Of a stretch of 46,646 nucleotides of DNA, positions 29,731 through 37,299 are shown piece by piece; within the stretch, counting starts at the first letter, position 1; each line of letters starts with the position of its first letter. Source of the stretch: a virus; IMG/VR virus record IMGVR_UViG_3300017446_000004, positions 1 through 46,646 of that record. One strand, given 5' to 3'. The notes under the pieces were generated by a model. The model was not told the DNA's origin. It did no database searches and saw only the letters and a program-made list of their open reading frames with translations. A program made the position numbers and the translations under genes.

Positions 29731-30722
29731 CACTCGCCCCCGTCGTCGGCTGGCATCAACCGCGCAACCGCATTCGAGCCCGCCGCGATCGCTCGAGCGT
29801 ACAGGTCGGGGTGTTCGCCCTGCAAACGCCCCATTGCCTTCGCGCCCTTGGTCTGAATACGGACGAGCGCGTCGCGATCGGGGGCCGCGGCGCAGTCCAG
29901 TTCGTATTGCTCGGTCCACCCTTCGGCCGTGTTCACGTCGGGCCCGGTCTTCGCGGGAGGATCTGCGCGATCGGGTTCGGCTTTGCTCGCGCCGGGCAGC
30001 GCGAGCACGCCGCTAAGGCGCGCGTGCGTTCCCGAACCGATCACGACCGCCTTATCCTTGATGTTGAGACGGCTAAACCATGCCGCATATTCGCCGCGAT
30101 CCGCCGCCGCTTGGGCGTCCACGATCAGCCCCTCTTGCCGGTCGTTCATGTGGTAATTTTCGCGGCCGATCGCGCCGTCGTTATCCTCGCCATCCTCGAT
30201 AATGTTGAGCATCCCTTTCATCGTGTAGCGCTTGAGGTAGCTGGATGCTGACCCGAGGGATTGGATAGGCGAGCGCCCTGGGCCCGTGTCTGCCGGGCCC
30301 TTCATCACCGCGCCTTCCTCGATGAACCCGTTTTCGTGCCGCAAGATCGGTTGCACCGTCACAAGCTGCCCCTCACTGCCGAGCCGAAAGTCGATCGACA
30401 GACGGAATCGAGTGAGCACCGGGAGCGCCGCACGGTGCATATCCTCGAACTTGGCGTAACGGTGCTTATCGGATTTCCCGCCCTTGAATATCACCGGCAT
30501 GGCGCGCAACGCTGCGGCCTTGTCGCGGTTAAATTCGGCCTGTCGTTCGCGGTCTTCCATTTGGTTCATAAGGTTGAACATCGCCGCGGCTTTCGTCGGG
30601 TCAACGTCGGGATTGGTCAGCGCCTCGCGCAGCATCATCAAGCGCTGATCGCCGGGGATCGAGGTCGAGCTATGCGACACGGCGCGGGTTTCGGCGGTTG
30701 CCAGTTCGCGGGAATCGGTCAT
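29730..30722 (-). CDS. erf: ERF-family single-strand annealing protein
   Basis: AALPVLTRFRLSIDF...LVTVQPILRHENGF...QSLGSASSYLKRYTMKGMLNIIEDGEDNDG matches the ERF core. SD aagga precedes the ATG at 30722. Confidence 0.8.
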   Translation of the reverse strand: MTDSRELATAETRAVSHSSTSIPGDQRLMMLREALTNPDVDPTKAAAMFNLMNQMEDRERQAEFNRDKAAALRAMPVIFKGGKSDKHRYAKFEDMHRAALPVLTRFRLSIDFRLGSEGQLVTVQPILRHENGFIEEGAVMKGPADTGPGRSPIQSLGSASSYLKRYTMKGMLNIIEDGEDNDGAIGRENYHMNDRQEGLIVDAQAAADRGEYAAWFSRLNIKDKAVVIGSGTHARLSGVLALPGASKAEPDRADPPAKTGPDVNTAEGWTEQYELDCAAAPDRDALVRIQTKGAKAMGRLQGEHPDLYARAIAAGSNAVARLMPADDGGE

Positions 30723-30742
30723 CGGTATTTCCTTCGGTTGGA

Positions 30743-32044
30743 TCAATGGCCCTCAAGCCAGTGTGTCGAGAAATCGAGCGCGGAGGTCGAGCGCTTCGCT
30801 TCGATCGGGAACCACGGCTCGCCGGGTTCATAGGCTTGGCTATGCAGCACAAACGACCGCTTTGCCCGGTCAATATCCATGATTGCCCGGTTGTATAGAT
30901 CGGTCGGCCGGCGCGTCACGCGCGCCTGCCGCGCCGCGCCCTGATCGTCGCCGATTGCGTTGTTCATCGCCGTCCCCTCGGGGACATGGAAGAAATCGAA
31001 CTCATAGGCGAGCAGATTGGGCACGCCGTCTTTTTCCTTGAACACGTACCAACACGCCAGTTCGTCGGGCCGAATCTGGATAGCCGCGACAATCGCGCGC
31101 TCACGCTCGGTTGCCTCGCCGATGATCTGCAACCCCCCAAGCCGGATTGCCTCGGCGGCATCGCGATAGGTGACGGCTTGCACGTGATAGCGATTATAAC
31201 GGATCGTGTCGGCGATCGCCTGCTCAAGCTCTTTGCCGTTCGGATTGGCAAAAGTCTTGAGGTCATCCCACATGTCGGCGCGGAGATAATCCATACGCGC
31301 TTTCATCCGCAAGCCGTGCTTGTCGGTCCAGAAAATCGACACCTCGGCAGCGCCTCCCGTCAGCAAAGCGGCAATCTCGTCGTTGCTGCGGATCTGTTCC
31401 ATGTCGGTCGCGATCTGGTCGAAATACTTGCCGGGCAGGGCTATGCGATCGCCGCGCGCGGCTTCCCATTCCTGCAACGCGATTTGCCAGATCGGGCCCT
31501 CATATCCGGCATCAACAAGGCGCTGCGCCTGCTCTCCGACCGAGCCGGTCTTTTTCTCGCCGAGCGCTTCCAACGCCTTACCCATATCGGTCCCCGTGAA
31601 AAGCGTTGCCTTGGGGAACTCGGACTTTTCGAGCGCGCGCACGTATTGCTGATCAAATAGCTCGGGCTCGAGCCGGGCCGTATGGTATGCCTTGCCGAGG
31701 ACCTGGGCCGCGGTCGCTTCCTCGTCCAGTTCTGCGCGGTCGGGATCGAGCCACGACCGACGCCAGAACGTCGCCGCGCTCACGCAAAGCTTTTGCAAGC
31801 CCGAGGCGCTCAACCGCGGCACGGCATGATAGATTTCGGACGGCAGGCCGAAATAGATGCCATCCTCAATCGCATCAACGCGGCGTTGCATTTCCGCGCG
31901 GCGCGCCGCTTGGTCGTCATCCGCCTGGGCGGGCGCGGCGACCTTGGCGGCGGGCTTTGCCGCAGCCGGCCGCTCCACTTTTGCAGCGGGAGCGGCGGGC
32001 GGCGGCACGACGGCATCAAATGCCAGATCGAACGGGTTGGACAT
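30743..32044 (-). CDS. PD-(D/E)xK exonuclease, RecE-like / DUF3799 type
   Basis: SASGLQKL...GKAYHTARLE...AEVSIFW...KARMDYL...WDDLKTF...RYHVQAVTY gives the E, D, DxK and Q..Y elements. The start is taken at MSNPFD (32044). Confidence 0.75.
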   Translation of the reverse strand: MSNPFDLAFDAVVPPPAAPAAKVERPAAAKPAAKVAAPAQADDDQAARRAEMQRRVDAIEDGIYFGLPSEIYHAVPRLSASGLQKLCVSAATFWRRSWLDPDRAELDEEATAAQVLGKAYHTARLEPELFDQQYVRALEKSEFPKATLFTGTDMGKALEALGEKKTGSVGEQAQRLVDAGYEGPIWQIALQEWEAARGDRIALPGKYFDQIATDMEQIRSNDEIAALLTGGAAEVSIFWTDKHGLRMKARMDYLRADMWDDLKTFANPNGKELEQAIADTIRYNRYHVQAVTYRDAAEAIRLGGLQIIGEATERERAIVAAIQIRPDELACWYVFKEKDGVPNLLAYEFDFFHVPEGTAMNNAIGDDQGAARQARVTRRPTDLYNRAIMDIDRAKRSFVLHSQAYEPGEPWFPIEAKRSTSALDFSTHWLEGH

Positions 32045-32049
32045 GGCGA

Positions 32050-32307
32050 TCACTTCCCCCCGAACAGGTCGTCGGCCGTTGTTGTCGGCGTCTCGAGCGG
32101 CGCAAGCCCGAGAATCGGCTTGGTCGGATAGTCGGGTTTGCGATCCGACACACTGACCATAAAGACGCGCTTCCACGCGTCATCCGCGCCGCGCGCATCG
32201 GCGACCTTGACCTGATCGCCCGGCGCAACGGGGGCGCCGTCGTTGTGATAGGTATAGGTCCGCGTATCCTGCACGCGGAATTTGCAAGCGACGTATTGGG
32301 TAGGCAT
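32050..32307 (-). CDS. 85-aa hypothetical protein
   Basis: Clean ORF with high GC3, packed between the neighbouring operon genes. Confidence 0.65.
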   Translation of the reverse strand: MPTQYVACKFRVQDTRTYTYHNDGAPVAPGDQVKVADARGADDAWKRVFMVSVSDRKPDYPTKPILGLAPLETPTTTADDLFGGK

Positions 32308-32336
32308 TCGGTTCTCCTGTCGAAATCGGTTGAGGG

Positions 32337-33737
32337 TCAGAACTTGACGGACGTGTTCGGGATCGTGCCCGCGACCAGGGCGAGGACGATCTTGCGCGCG
32401 GTCGGCTCGTCAACGCCCCCGTGCTCCATGATCGCTTCCTTGGCGGCGCGCATCACGTTGCCCTTGTGCTCGAGATCCTCGGCGCGCTGTTGATCGGCAA
32501 GGCGCTTGGCTTCGCGTTCGTCGGCCTCGATCTGCGCCAGCCGCGCGGCCTCGGCGATCTCGGCGTCGCGCTTGGCCTGCGCCTCTTGCGCCTCGCGCGC
32601 GACCTGTGCGGCGCGCTCGTTTGCCTCGTCAATGCGAGCCTGATCGGCTCGGCGCTGTTCCTCCGCGGCCGCATTCGCCTCGGCGATCGCCTTGTCGTGC
32701 TCGCGCTGGCGTTCGGCCTGCGCTTCCTCGGCTGCGCGCTGCGCTGCCGCCGCCGCTTCTGCCGCCGCCGCCGCGCGGGCTTCCTCGATCCGCTTAGCCT
32801 CGGCTTCCCGCGCCGCCTGCGCATCTTCCTCGGCGCGCTTGGCTGCGGCCGCTGCCGCTTCCTGCGCCGCGACTTCGGCAAGGCGGTCAGCCTCGATCTG
32901 GGCAAGGCGCTGGCGTTCCGCCTCGGCTTCCTCGGCGGCGATCCGGTCGCGCTCGTCGCGCTCGGCTTTCTCGGCGCGCAGCTTGTCCAGTTCGGCGCGG
33001 TCGAGTTCCTCACGCGCCAGCCGGTTCCGCGCGTGCAACAGGGCCGTGACGATCTGGTCGCGCTCGGCAATCGCGGTTGCGGCCTCGTCCTCGGTCCACT
33101 CGGGATGAGTGAACGTCAACGCATAGAGCGACCGGCCGCGCGCTTCGACCGTGGCCGACGTGTCGTCGTCGTGGATCACAGCGTCGGCGCGCATTCGGGC
33201 GAGAATTGCCTCATTGGTGGCGACCCGCTTGGCCTCGGCGACTTCCCAAGCCGTGAGGGGCGCGCGCACCTCGTCGGCCAACCCCTGCAACTCGGCTTTC
33301 ATCTTGCTACGGCTGGCGTTGACGAGCGCGATTTTCGTGCGCCAATCCTCGGTTAGACCGAGCCCCGCCTTGTCGAGCGTGGTTTTCGCTTTGGTGACGC
33401 GGAACGCGAGCGACGCGATCGCCTCACGGCCCTTGCGCGTGGCAACGTCGGGAACGTGCTTGGCCGTCTCGGTCTTCAATTTGGCGTAGAACTCGGAGAA
33501 TTTGGCCTCGTCCGTGAACACCGCAACCGGGTTGGCCGTGGTCTGCGCGACCAGCGCGCCGACCGACTCTTCGACCGCGACAGGCGGGGGCGGCGGCATA
33601 CCATCCGGGTACTTTTCGGCCATTTCCGCAGCGACCGCGGCCTTGCTCTCGCTCTTGCGCTTGCGGGTGCGCGGCGCTGCGGCGGCGGGCGGCGCGGCCT
33701 CCTGATCGTCTGGCTTGCCCTCGAATAAGTCTGTCAT
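32337..33737 (-). CDS. 466-aa coiled-coil protein, N-terminus DUF1351-like (recombination-module accessory)
   Basis: SD aaagga precedes the ATG at 33737 (MTDLFEGKPDD). The N-terminal region resembles DUF1351 proteins found next to Erf/RecT. There is a long Ala/Glu/Arg-rich coiled coil. Confidence 0.7.
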   Translation of the reverse strand: MTDLFEGKPDDQEAAPPAAAAPRTRKRKSESKAAVAAEMAEKYPDGMPPPPPVAVEESVGALVAQTTANPVAVFTDEAKFSEFYAKLKTETAKHVPDVATRKGREAIASLAFRVTKAKTTLDKAGLGLTEDWRTKIALVNASRSKMKAELQGLADEVRAPLTAWEVAEAKRVATNEAILARMRADAVIHDDDTSATVEARGRSLYALTFTHPEWTEDEAATAIAERDQIVTALLHARNRLAREELDRAELDKLRAEKAERDERDRIAAEEAEAERQRLAQIEADRLAEVAAQEAAAAAAKRAEEDAQAAREAEAKRIEEARAAAAAEAAAAAQRAAEEAQAERQREHDKAIAEANAAAEEQRRADQARIDEANERAAQVAREAQEAQAKRDAEIAEAARLAQIEADEREAKRLADQQRAEDLEHKGNVMRAAKEAIMEHGGVDEPTARKIVLALVAGTIPNTSVKF

Positions 33738-33760
33738 GGTGCGTCCTTTCGCGGTTGCAT

Positions 33761-33805
33761 TTGATGGCATCAACCGTGTAAGAGGATTGCGCAAGCATTG
33801 CAACG
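33761..33805. promoter_or_regulatory. Early divergent control region: palindrome TTGATGgCATCAA plus ATTGCGCAAG / GCATTGCAA operator-like pair
   Basis: 6+1+6 perfect palindrome at 33761-33773. The 10-mer at 33786-33795 and the 9-mer at 33795-33803 are identical to 7705-7714 and 7692-7700. Confidence 0.5.
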
Positions 33806-33823
33806 ACATTGTGAGGTGACAGC

Positions 33824-34036
33824 ATGACGGCCCCAAATTACAGCGCGGAAATGGACAAGATCGAGGCGCGAGCAAAAAACGTGCGCAAGACGATGAGCGA
33901 CGTTTGCAAGTCGGCCGGCGTGGCGTATTCGACATGGTATCGCGCCCGCGGCGGGCATAGCGACATCAAGATCAAGACGATCGGCGCGCTCGAGGATGCC
34001 CTCACGGCGATGGAAGCGGAGCGCGCTGCAGCGTGA
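33824..34036 (+). CDS. 70-aa helix-turn-helix DNA-binding protein (Cro/Ner-like early regulator candidate)
   Basis: SD gaggtg. MSDVCKSAGVAYSTWYRARGG is HTH-like. First gene of the rightward transcript. Confidence 0.65.
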   Translation: MTAPNYSAEMDKIEARAKNVRKTMSDVCKSAGVAYSTWYRARGGHSDIKIKTIGALEDALTAMEAERAAA

Positions 34037-34659
34037 CAAAGCGGCTCAACGGGACAGGCGAAAAGCCTGATCCGCAATATCAGCGTGACGCTTACGATTG
34101 GTATCGCGAACCGCCCGCGTGCGTGGAAGCGCTCGCCGATGTCATCGATTTTTCGGGATCGCTGGTCTGGGACCCCTGCGCGGGCGGCGGCAATATTCTG
34201 GACGTGTTCAAGGCACGCGGCCACGCGACAATTGCGTCCGATATCGTGGACCGATCGCCGCGGCATAAATTCTTTCGCGGCAACTTTCTGCAATGTACGA
34301 AATGGCCGATGGCGCACGACCGGCCGCTCGATCTGATCACGAACCCGCCATATGGCTATATCAAAGGGATCGCGGAAACGATGATGCGGCACGCCTGCAA
34401 CACGATCCCTTTCCGCTATGCCGCGTTCCTGTTGCCAATCGAGTTTTTGGCAAGCTCAGGGCGGTCGAAGCTGTTTAGCGAGTTCCGCCCGAGCCATGTG
34501 GTCATATGCTCGCAACGTCCGTCTATGCCTCCTGGCGCGATGGTCGAAGCTATGGGCGCAGACGCTTACCGCGGCGGAATGGCCGATTACGTCTGGATCG
34601 TTCACAAGCCGCCTTTCAAATGGCGCACCGAATTACTTTGGACACGCCCAACGGCGTGA
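34033..34659 (+). CDS. N6-adenine DNA methyltransferase (orphan)
   Basis: Motif I LVWDPCAGGGNI and motif IV ITNPPYG. GTGA coupling to the HTH gene. No restriction partner is seen. Confidence 0.85.
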   Translation: MTKRLNGTGEKPDPQYQRDAYDWYREPPACVEALADVIDFSGSLVWDPCAGGGNILDVFKARGHATIASDIVDRSPRHKFFRGNFLQCTKWPMAHDRPLDLITNPPYGYIKGIAETMMRHACNTIPFRYAAFLLPIEFLASSGRSKLFSEFRPSHVVICSQRPSMPPGAMVEAMGADAYRGGMADYVWIVHKPPFKWRTELLWTRPTA

Positions 34660-34724
34660 CCCGCTCAAATCCCCAAGGATCGTGTTTGCCGAGCGTCTCG
34701 GCTGCAACTCAAGGAATGACACAA

Positions 34725-35909
34725 ATGGCGAAGAAACCAACGACGACGAAGGCCGCAGATCCTTTCGACGCGCTCGCGGTCGGCCTCGCGGCTGATCACA
34801 AGGCGGCAAAGCTCGCCGATCCGGCGCAGACCGACGCCGCGTCGGCGATTGTCGAGAATGAACCCGCGCCCGAGACGGCCGCACCCGCTGCCGAGCCGGC
34901 CCAGGTCGAGCCGACCGCAGAAGCCGCGCCCGAGCCTGCCCAGGGCGAGGCCGTGCATCTTTCGGGAAAGCGCGCTTTTTCCGCGATCGTGGACGATCCC
35001 GCCGAAGTTCCGCCCGCACCCGGCGACGACGCCGAGACGGTGTTCCAACGCCGCCTTGAGCGCTTGAACACTGCGGTCGAGTTCGCCCAATTCGACAGCG
35101 GCACCGCGTTCGGCGACCTCCGCGACGTGATCCTCGATCTGTTCAAACTGCGGCCGAAGCTTTGGAGCGCTATGATCCCGAGCGAGCAAAACGACCTGTC
35201 GCGCCATGTCGAAGGCGTCGCGAAGGGTATCATTCGCAAGGTCGTTCTCGTCATCGCCCAGGAGGAAAGCCTCACGATCGAAGGAACGCTTTTGTCCAAG
35301 TTCGCGGTCAACGGCGAATCGGTGGAGGCCAAGGTCAAGATCGACAACGTGGACCGCGACGTTCTCAACAACATCTTCATGATGTCGAGCCACAAAGTCG
35401 TAATCGTGTCGGCCGACGACAAGCGGTTCCAATCGATGCGCCGCGAACTGCCCGCGGCGGATGATCAGTTGGGCATGGAGTTCGCCAGCGACATGCCGGT
35501 CGAGAAGGTGACGCGCCCGCCCGAGCCTGCGCCGAAGCCCGAGAAGACGCACCCGGCCGACGACAGCGATCTCGCCGGCGAGGATGAGCCCGACGCCGAC
35601 GACGACCAGGGCGAGGAAGGCGACGACGAAGGCGCAGCGCACGAACCCGACGCCGAGCCGGATACGGTTGACGACGGCAGCAGCAGCTTTGCCGTGTTCG
35701 ACACGCGGGCGGGCCTTTGGCTGGTCGCGGAGCAGGGCGACGAAGGCGAATGGAACACGGATAAGGCCAAGGCCGGAACGTGGACGTACTTCAACGCCAA
35801 ACAGATCGCCGAGGATTTCGACGGCGACTCGGGCGGCGAGGTCGTGGTCCGTCAACTCGGCGACTTCGACAAGCCGAAAGACCAGACGCCGGAAATGACC
35901 GACTTCTGA
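34725..35909 (+). CDS. 394-aa strongly acidic hypothetical protein
   Basis: SD aagga lies 9 nt before the ATG at 34725. Pro/Ala/Glu-rich N-terminus and a DDSDLAGEDEPDADDDQGEEGDDEG tract. Confidence 0.7.
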   Translation: MAKKPTTTKAADPFDALAVGLAADHKAAKLADPAQTDAASAIVENEPAPETAAPAAEPAQVEPTAEAAPEPAQGEAVHLSGKRAFSAIVDDPAEVPPAPGDDAETVFQRRLERLNTAVEFAQFDSGTAFGDLRDVILDLFKLRPKLWSAMIPSEQNDLSRHVEGVAKGIIRKVVLVIAQEESLTIEGTLLSKFAVNGESVEAKVKIDNVDRDVLNNIFMMSSHKVVIVSADDKRFQSMRRELPAADDQLGMEFASDMPVEKVTRPPEPAPKPEKTHPADDSDLAGEDEPDADDDQGEEGDDEGAAHEPDAEPDTVDDGSSSFAVFDTRAGLWLVAEQGDEGEWNTDKAKAGTWTYFNAKQIAEDFDGDSGGEVVVRQLGDFDKPKDQTPEMTDF

Positions 35910-35979
35910 TCGGCCACCGGACCCCGCTGGCGAGCGCGCTGGCGGGGCGAGGATGACCGATCAACGGTCTGACAGGAGA
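35906..35979 (+). repeat. Intercistronic stop-hairpin-SD element, copy 1
   Basis: cTGAt, GCCACCGGACCCCGC, 13-nt loop, GGCGGGGCGAGGATG, ACAGGAGA. The same conserved blocks occur at 36186-36247. Confidence 0.8.
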
Positions 35980-35983
35980 CGTT

Positions 35984-36190
35984 ATGCCAATATTTGAACG
36001 GGAAGAACGCTACGTAGTGTTCAAGATTAAGGACCTGACGGACGAGCAGATGGCGCTGGTCGATCAGCTGCGCGAAACCCGCGGGCTGCCCACCGTCCAG
36101 TGCGTCGTCATCGAACACGACTGGCCGATCTATGAGCGGGCATGGGCTCTGGTCGAGGATCAATGGGTTTCCGATATTACGACGGACTGA
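35984..36190 (+). CDS. 68-aa hypothetical protein
   Basis: SD acaggaga of the repeat element precedes the ATG. Confidence 0.7.
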   Translation: MPIFEREERYVVFKIKDLTDEQMALVDQLRETRGLPTVQCVVIEHDWPIYERAWALVEDQWVSDITTD

Positions 36191-36247
36191 TGCGCCACCG
36201 GACCCCGCCATATGTGCATTGGCGGGGCGAGGATGGCACAACAGGAG
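36186..36247 (+). repeat. Intercistronic stop-hairpin-SD element, copy 2
   Basis: The 15-nt, 15-nt and 8-nt blocks are identical to copy 1. The loop differs in sequence and length (12 nt), while the CCCCGC/GCGGGG stem is kept. Confidence 0.8.
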
Positions 36248-36255
36248 AGACGGCA

Positions 36256-36405
36256 ATGTCTATGTATGACCCCGGCAACCCCCAACACCTTGACCACCTC
36301 CACCGCCACAAGGCGGCATGGACGCCCGAGCGCGAGGCCGCGCTACAGGCGCAGTTTAAGGCCGAAGGCAAAGGCCGCTACGCGAAGGCCGCACCATGCG
36401 CGTAG
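36256..36405 (+). CDS. 49-aa hypothetical protein (MSMYDPGNPQHLDHLHRHKAAWTPEREAALQAQF...)
   Basis: SD from repeat copy 2. Its end overlaps the rusA start. Confidence 0.55.
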   Translation: MSMYDPGNPQHLDHLHRHKAAWTPEREAALQAQFKAEGKGRYAKAAPCA

Positions 36406-36866
36406 CGTTCACGATACCGGGCCCGCCGCAGGGCAAGCGCCGCCCACGAACCCGCGTGGTCGGTCGCATTGCCACCATCTACAGCGATCCGGCCGACAAA
36501 CTGCGCGAGATCGAGATCCGCGCCGCCGTGCGCTTGGCCATGAACGGGCAACAGGCGATCGCCGGCGCGGTGCGCGTCACGATCGACGCCGTGTTCGAGG
36601 TGACGCCAAGTTGGCCGAAAAAACGCAAGGAGGCCGCGCTCGCCGCCCTCTATCACACCAGCAAGCCCGATGCCGACAACATCGCAAAAAGCATTCTCGA
36701 CGGGCTCAACCCCGATCCCAAGGCGAAAGAGGAATGGGCGCGCGTCCCCTTCTGTCTCAACGACGACGGACAGGTCGCCGAGCAGATGATCCGCAAGCGC
36801 TACGGCTCGCCCGCGCGAACCGAGGTGATCGTCCAGGCGATAGCCCCGCCCGAGCCTGCGGGATGA
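36396..36866 (+). CDS. rusA: RusA-family Holliday junction resolvase
   Basis: FTIPGPPQGKRRPR...HTSKPDADNIAKSILDGLN...NDDGQV are the RusA hallmarks. Confidence 0.85.
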   Translation: MRVAFTIPGPPQGKRRPRTRVVGRIATIYSDPADKLREIEIRAAVRLAMNGQQAIAGAVRVTIDAVFEVTPSWPKKRKEAALAALYHTSKPDADNIAKSILDGLNPDPKAKEEWARVPFCLNDDGQVAEQMIRKRYGSPARTEVIVQAIAPPEPAG

Positions 36867-37048
36867 CCGCGGGAAGGCGCGGACTTGACACGCCGCGGCA
36901 GCAAGCCCGGCTTGACGGACAGGTTGCGTTCCTCCGCGGGCACCCCTTCCACGCCAACCCGCACCCGCTCAACACGGTCAACAGCCAATATTGGGCGCGC
37001 GGGTGGCGCATCGGCGAGGACGCCGCCCGCAAAATAGGCGTTGCGTAA
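36863..37048 (+). CDS. 61-aa small protein with an Rmf/CrpP-like motif
   Basis: ATGA overlap with rusA. DGQVAFLRGHPFHANPHP...SQYWARGWRIG fits the G..A..G....P....W..GW pattern. Confidence 0.5.
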   Translation: MTAGRRGLDTPRQQARLDGQVAFLRGHPFHANPHPLNTVNSQYWARGWRIGEDAARKIGVA

Positions 37049-37076
37049 AGTGCAATTAAATCGCAAGGATCTGCGC

Positions 37077-37298
37077 ATGATCTCAGGACCAATAGAGCGG
37101 GGCATCCCCCTGCCGCAAAAGACCAGGGGCCGGCCGGTCCTTTACAAGATCGAGGACATGGGCGTCGGGGATAGCCGCTATTTCGCAGCACCCTATGCGA
37201 CCGTCCGATCGGCGATCTGGGCTCGATCGCGCAAGCTCGGGTACAGCATGACATGCGCGCCCGATGGCGACGGCTCGCGCGTCTGGCGGGTCAAGTAG
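37077..37298 (+). CDS. 73-aa hypothetical protein
   Basis: SD aagga lies 7 nt before the ATG at 37077. Internal to track ORF 37041..37298. Confidence 0.6.
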   Translation: MISGPIERGIPLPQKTRGRPVLYKIEDMGVGDSRYFAAPYATVRSAIWARSRKLGYSMTCAPDGDGSRVWRVK

Positions 37299-37299
37299 C

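Noticed and set aside
29190-30251. 353-aa plus-strand ORF, with 31606..32493, 32421..33356 and 30261..30833, across the leftward operon
   Set aside because: They are antisense to the ERF, exonuclease and coiled-coil genes, which carry clear family motifs. The products are Arg-rich nonsense.
35953-35997. 14-codon uORF (MTDQRSDRRRYANI) starting at the GAGGATG of repeat copy 1
   Set aside because: The equivalent ATG in copy 2 opens a different, unrelated frame. The ATG is therefore conserved as part of the nucleotide element, not as a peptide.
36212-37048. 278-aa Arg-rich plus-strand ORF spanning rusA
   Set aside because: It is out of frame with the clear RusA motifs. Only its last 61 codons (36863..37048), which start at an ATGA overlap, look coding.
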